Origin: Acutalibacteraceae bacterium
Lineage (GTDB): Bacteria; Bacillota; Clostridia; Oscillospirales; Acutalibacteraceae
Direction of reading: 5' to 3'
Assembly: GCA_045590875.1 (NCBI GenBank)
Contig: JAZNRT010000048.1
Span: forward strand, 1 to 59,175
Length of the DNA: 59,175 nucleotides
Shown: positions 54,718 through 59,175 of the stretch, in pieces
Layout of the letters: every line of letters begins with the position of its first letter
Numbering within the stretch: the stretch's first letter is position 1
Program-made: the position numbers and the translations under genes
The notes under the pieces: model-generated
What the model saw: only the letters and a program-made list of their open reading frames with translations
Database searches by the model: none
What the model was told of the DNA's origin: nothing

Positions 54718-56544
54718 TTAGTTGCCCTCGTCGGCATCCTTAAAATCCGCCTCGTAAACATTGGGGTCGCCCTGAGGCTGACCTTCTGCACCGGGGGCAC
54801 CCTGTGCTTCTGCAGTAGCCTTGTAAATCTTTTCGCTAACTGCATATACAGCCTTCTGAAGCTCTTCCTGCTTCTGCTTTATTGCTTCAATGTCTGTGCC
54901 CTTAAGAGCCTCTTTAAGTTCGTCAACAGCCTTTTGGATGTTAGATTTTTCTTCCTCAGTAATCTTATCACCAAAGTCAGCAATGGTCTTTTCAGATGTA
55001 TAAACCATCTGGTCGGCAGCGTTTCTAATATCTATTTCTTCTCTGCGCTTTTTGTCTTCAGCGGCATACTGCTCAGCTTCCTTAACAGCCTTGTCAATAT
55101 CGTCTTTAGACATATTTGTGTTAGAAGTGATGGTGATTGACTGCTCCTTGCCTGTGCCAAGGTCTTTAGCAGAAACGTGAACAATACCGTTGGCATCTAT
55201 ATCGAAGGTAACTTCAATCTGAGGAATTCCGCGAGGTGCGGGAGCGATTCCGTCGAGATGGAACACGCCGAGAGTCTTGTTGTCGCGGGCAAACTCACGC
55301 TCGCCTTGAAGAACGTGAACCTCAACAGAGGTCTGACCGTCTGCGGCGGTGGAGAATATCTGACTTTTCTTTGTAGGAATGGTGGTGTTACGGTCGATAA
55401 CCTTTGTGCTTACACCGCCCATTGTTTCAATGCCTAATGAAAGGGGAGTAACGTCGAGAAGGAGAAGACCCTTAACATCTCCGCCTAAAACACCGCCCTG
55501 AATAGCGGCACCGATAGCAACACACTCGTCGGGGTTAATTCCCTTAAAGGGGTCGCGGCCGATGAAGCTCTTAACAGCTTCTTGAACGGCAGGAATACGG
55601 GAAGAACCGCCAACCATAAGCACCTTGTTTATATCGTCTTTAGAAAGGCCTGAATCGGCAAGAGCCTGACGAACAGGTGCCATTGTAGCCTCAACTAAAT
55701 CAGCGGTAAGCTCATTGAATTTTGCACGGGTAAGGGTGGTTTCGTAGTGCTTAGGACCTGTGTTATCAGCAGTGATAAAGGGAAGATTGATATCGGCAGT
55801 TGTCATACCGCTAAGGTCAATCTTAGCTTTTTCAGAGGCTTCCTTAATTCTCTGCATAGCCATTTTATCAGTGCTGAGGTCAATGCCGTTTTCAGCCTTA
55901 AAGCCTGCAACAACCCAGTCCATAATTCTCTTGTCGAAATCGTCACCGCCAAGTTTGTTGTTACCTGCAGTTGCAAGAACCTCCTGAACTCCGTCGCCCA
56001 TTTCAATAATAGAAACGTCAAATGTACCGCCGCCGAGGTCGTAAACCATAACCTTTTGGTCATCTTCCTTATCTACGCTGTATGCGAGAGCTGCAGCAGT
56101 GGGCTCGTTGATAATACGCTTAACGTCAAGGCCTGCAATTTTACCCGCATCCTTTGTTGCCTGACGCTGTGCGTCGGTGAAGTAGGCAGGAACTGTAATA
56201 ACAGCTTCGGTTACAGGCGAGCCGATATATGCCTCAGCATCAGCCTTGAGCTTTTGAAGAATGATAGCTGAAATTTCCTGAGGAGTGAACTTTTTGCCGT
56301 CGATTTCAACGGTGTGGCTTGTGCCCATCTCACGCTTGATAGAGCTTATGGTTCTGTCGGGGTTTGTAATAGCCTGACGCTTTGCAACCTGACCAACCAT
56401 TCTTTCACCTGTTTTAGAAAAAGCAACTACCGAAGGAGTTGTACGTGCGCCCTCGGCGTTAGCAATAACAACCGGTTCGCCGCCTTCTATAACAGATACG
56501 CAAGAGTTTGTAGTACCTAAGTCAATACCAATAATTTTTCCCAT
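54718..56544 (-). CDS. dnaK: molecular chaperone DnaK (Hsp70)
   Basis: [17 protein letters not shown] and other Hsp70 signatures. The ATG at 56544 lies 8 nt after GGAGGA. Confidence 0.97.
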   Translation of the reverse strand: MGKIIGIDLGTTNSCVSVIEGGEPVVIANAEGARTTPSVVAFSKTGERMVGQVAKRQAITNPDRTISSIKREMGTSHTVEIDGKKFTPQEISAIILQKLKADAEAYIGSPVTEAVITVPAYFTDAQRQATKDAGKIAGLDVKRIINEPTAAALAYSVDKEDDQKVMVYDLGGGTFDVSIIEMGDGVQEVLATAGNNKLGGDDFDKRIMDWVVAGFKAENGIDLSTDKMAMQRIKEASEKAKIDLSGMTTADINLPFITADNTGPKHYETTLTRAKFNELTADLVEATMAPVRQALADSGLSKDDINKVLMVGGSSRIPAVQEAVKSFIGRDPFKGINPDECVAIGAAIQGGVLGGDVKGLLLLDVTPLSLGIETMGGVSTKVIDRNTTIPTKKSQIFSTAADGQTSVEVHVLQGEREFARDNKTLGVFHLDGIAPAPRGIPQIEVTFDIDANGIVHVSAKDLGTGKEQSITITSNTNMSKDDIDKAVKEAEQYAAEDKKRREEIDIRNAADQMVYTSEKTIADFGDKITEEEKSNIQKAVDELKEALKGTDIEAIKQKQEELQKAVYAVSEKIYKATAEAQGAPGAEGQPQGDPNVYEADFKDADEGN

Positions 56545-56591
56545 GATAAATTCCTCCAAATTTAATATAAATTGATTTGTTTATTTATTGA

Positions 56592-57116
56592 TTAGTTAGC
56601 AACCTGAACCATTGCAGGTCTTATAACTGTATCGCCTATTTTGTAGCCCTTTTGCAGAGTCTTTACAATTATGTTTTCTCCCACACTTTCGTCTTCAATG
56701 TGAAGCACTGCTTGGTGTAGCTGTGGGTCAAATTCCTTGCCTTCGTCGTTAATTTCTGAAAGGCCAAGCTTTACCATAACATCGGTAAGCTGTTTGGATA
56801 TCATTTCTATGCCCTTCTGGAAGTCCTCACCGTTGGGGTCAGCTTCAAGCGCTCTTCCAAAGTTATCGAGAACGGGCAAGAAGGTTTTTAAAATATCCGC
56901 CTTCATAAATTCTAATGAAGCTATTTTATCCCTTTCGGTGCGTTTTTTGTAGTTGTCGAATTCGGCGGCTGTGCGAAGGGCTAAATCCTTTTGTTTTTCA
57001 AGTTCTTTTTTTGCCTTTTCTAGTTCGCCGTCTTCAATAGAAACGTCAACCTCTTTTGTTTCCTCTGCTTCAGAAATTTCTTCTTCGGCGGTTGTCTTCT
57101 TTTCTTCTTTTGCCAT
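56592..57116 (-). CDS. grpE: nucleotide exchange factor GrpE
   Basis: Acidic N-terminus, RT.AEFDNYKKR motif, C-terminal beta domain ...GYK.GD.VIRPAMV.V. Confidence 0.93.
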   Translation of the reverse strand: MAKEEKKTTAEEEISEAEETKEVDVSIEDGELEKAKKELEKQKDLALRTAAEFDNYKKRTERDKIASLEFMKADILKTFLPVLDNFGRALEADPNGEDFQKGIEMISKQLTDVMVKLGLSEINDEGKEFDPQLHQAVLHIEDESVGENIIVKTLQKGYKIGDTVIRPAMVQVAN

Positions 57117-57118
57117 TT

Positions 57119-58156
57119 TTAATCCTCCATATCGCGAAGCGCCTTAGTCATAAGTGTGCCAAGTCTTGTTGCAAAATATTCAATGCTTGGAATCAGCTGT
57201 TCGTAGGCCAATCTCACAGGTCCTATAACACCGATTCGTCCAAGCTCTCGGTCGCCCGTTTTGTATTTTGCCACAACCATACAAGAGGGGGTTGCGGCAA
57301 TTCCGTGACCGTAATCGTCACCGAATATAACTCCTACAGGTGAATTCATATGGGAGATAACATCAAGAACAGCCTCTTTTTGAGAAATCAGCTCACCGAT
57401 TCTCATTGCATCCTCGTGCTGTCTGTAGCCTGTAAGCAGTTTGGATTCGCCCCGAAAATGCAACTGAGGCTCGAACATTTCAGCAACTATTTCAAAAAGT
57501 GTTGAAAGCAGAGGCATAACGGTTAGCCCGAAATCGCCGATGCGCGCCACAATAGATTGTAAGTATGCGGTGTTAAGCTCCTGCAATCTGTGACCAACAA
57601 TGCAGGTCTTGCAAATGTTACTGTAAAGCGAGAGCAACGCCTCGTCAACAACACAGTCGCTCAGCACTATTCGGCTTCGTGCCATACCATCGGTAGAAAT
57701 CACCACCATAAGCATTGTTTTTCCGCCCATTGGAATAAGCCGTACCCTCTTTATCTTAGCATCGTTGTTTGTGAGTGATGCCGAAAAGGAGGGAAGCCCA
57801 GTAAGGTCTGCAAGTATTTGGCAGGCAAGGGTGGGCATTTGTTCAGGTGTGTGTGAGATGGTTTCCAATGTTGAGTCGATAGCTAGCTTTATTTCAGGTG
57901 TAAGAGTGGCGGGGGTCATAAGTGAATCAACATAGGTTCTGTAGCCTAAGTGGGTAGGTATTCTTCCTGCTGAGGTGTGGGGCTGTTCTAAAAAACCCAT
58001 TGAGCAAAGGTCGCTCATCTCATTTCGCAGTGTGGCAGAAGAAAGGCTGAGATTCAGCATATCGCACAGCGCCTTTGAACCAATCGGTTCGCCGGCTTCA
58101 ATATAGCTTTTAACTATAGCGGCAAGTATTGCCTGTTTGCGCTCGCTAAGCTCCAT
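57119..58156 (-). CDS. hrcA: heat-inducible transcriptional repressor HrcA
   Basis: LSERKQAILAAIV..Y...GEPIGSK winged-helix N-terminus, first gene of the dnaK operon. The ATG at 58156 follows AAAGGTGGGG; the track start at 58195 lies inside CIRCE. Confidence 0.93.
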   Translation of the reverse strand: MELSERKQAILAAIVKSYIEAGEPIGSKALCDMLNLSLSSATLRNEMSDLCSMGFLEQPHTSAGRIPTHLGYRTYVDSLMTPATLTPEIKLAIDSTLETISHTPEQMPTLACQILADLTGLPSFSASLTNNDAKIKRVRLIPMGGKTMLMVVISTDGMARSRIVLSDCVVDEALLSLYSNICKTCIVGHRLQELNTAYLQSIVARIGDFGLTVMPLLSTLFEIVAEMFEPQLHFRGESKLLTGYRQHEDAMRIGELISQKEAVLDVISHMNSPVGVIFGDDYGHGIAATPSCMVVAKYKTGDRELGRIGVIGPVRLAYEQLIPSIEYFATRLGTLMTKALRDMED

Positions 58157-58179
58157 TGATAATCCCCACCTTTCAATTT

Positions 58180-58206
58180 TTAGCACTCCTATCACACGAG
58201 TGCTAA
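58180..58206. promoter_or_regulatory. CIRCE operator (HrcA binding site)
   Basis: Perfect TTAGCACTC-N9-GAGTGCTAA inverted repeat between the promoter and hrcA. Confidence 0.92.
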
Positions 58207-58215
58207 CGTAATTAT

Positions 58216-58244
58216 AATATACACCCTAATTTGCATATTGTCAA
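58216..58244 (-). promoter_or_regulatory. sigma-A promoter of the hrcA-grpE-dnaK-dnaJ operon
   Basis: On the minus strand: TTGACA, 17 nt, TATATT, immediately upstream of CIRCE. Confidence 0.65.
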
Positions 58245-58490
58245 TAGGTAATTTATGAATAATCTGTAAACAAAACTGACCTTTTCTGACCTTTGGTAAA
58301 AGAGCTTGTTTCATAATTATAATGTACGCGCGCGTAACATTATAATATAATAACAAAACAAGACATAAAATAATTTTTGTTAACTTGAATAAATTACCAA
58401 TTTAAGTGGCACAATATATCGTGTCACTTAGCCCAAAACACACAATAAATTGAAAGCGAAAAAAAGTTTCAAAAAATTTCAAAAAAAGTG

Positions 58491-58519
58491 TTGACAAAGG
58501 GGGATAGAAGTGGTAATAT
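58491..58519 (+). promoter_or_regulatory. rRNA operon promoter with an A-rich UP-like element
   Basis: TTGACA (58491-58496), 17 nt, TAATAT (58514-58519). Preceded by AAAAAAGTTTCAAAAAATTTCAAAAAAAG. Confidence 0.6.
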
Positions 58520-58709
58520 AATCAAGCTGACCCTTTGTGGGGAGGCGAAATGGACCTTGAAAATTAAACAACGATAAGAATAAATTGGACCCGACAATTT
58601 CTTGAAGAAAGTAATTCAAGACAAACGGAAAAATAACGCAAGCGTTATTAAAGTTTAGAGCTAACAAGCTTAAATCTAAAGATTTTAACACGAAAGTGTT
58701 GAGATACAA

Positions 58710-59175
<466 letters not shown>

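Noticed and set aside
55747-56271. Long antisense ORFs inside highly expressed or well-supported genes. They lie opposite dnaK (55747-56271, 174 aa), dnaJ (53781-54296, 171 aa), paaK (27989-28588, 199 aa), the Rsm22-like gene (44632-45132, 166 aa), the cls gene (13331-13783, 150 aa), and the holin/endolysin genes (226-726, 166 aa).
   Set aside because: Each lies entirely within a sense-strand gene that has clear family motifs. They have low-complexity or odd composition, no RBS and no recognisable domains. Long stop-free antisense frames are a known by-product of codon bias, notably in hsp70/dnaK.

Overview
59.2-kb chromosomal segment of a Firmicute. Gene content and the partial 16S rRNA at the right edge suggest Clostridia, probably Oscillospirales / Clostridium cluster IV; that placement is by eye, not from a search.

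Layout, left to right:
- 1-1314: right end of a prophage (coupled small membrane protein, r1t-like holin, GH73 endolysin).
- 1315-1920: AT-rich intergenic region with a dense DnaA-box cluster.
- Then mostly housekeeping genes: YesL-like protein, DD-carboxypeptidase, asnA, a GH13 glycosidase with glgP, lgt, cls, a MarR regulator with a heterodimeric ABC exporter, rpe, dapA, an acyl-CoA synthetase-iorA-iorB-paaK-ACT operon, a putative cobalamin riboswitch controlling a DUF4430 lipoprotein and an ECF S-component, serS, an M16 peptidase pair, a second lgt, folD, a cytidylyltransferase-PEP mutase fusion, an Rsm22-like methyltransferase, topB, a NUDIX-LOG pair and an M29 aminopeptidase.
- Right end: a CIRCE-controlled hrcA-grpE-dnaK-dnaJ operon diverging from an rRNA operon.

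No CRISPR array, IS element, integrase or recognisable defence system was seen.

Observations most worth follow-up:
1. A ~350-nt intergenic element present twice (27019-27361 and 53101-53460). It has many short hairpins that covary between the copies, GNRA/UUCG-type loops, and an internal array of the 9-mer AGTKATATT with downstream complementary copies. It is a candidate undescribed structured RNA or a BOX-like modular repeat. Both copies sit next to large secreted proteins that share an unusual Cys/His repeat.
2. An orphan PEP mutase (phosphonate C-P bond-forming enzyme) with no coupling enzyme nearby.
3. A DnaA-box cluster far from any dnaA gene, next to the prophage end.
4. Three tandem paralogues of membrane-anchored proteins, two of them with N-terminal zinc ribbons.
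5. An Eda-like TIM-barrel protein in which both catalytic residues appear to be substituted.

Several ORF-track starts are TTG/GTG extensions. I moved them to downstream ATGs that have a Shine-Dalgarno sequence.
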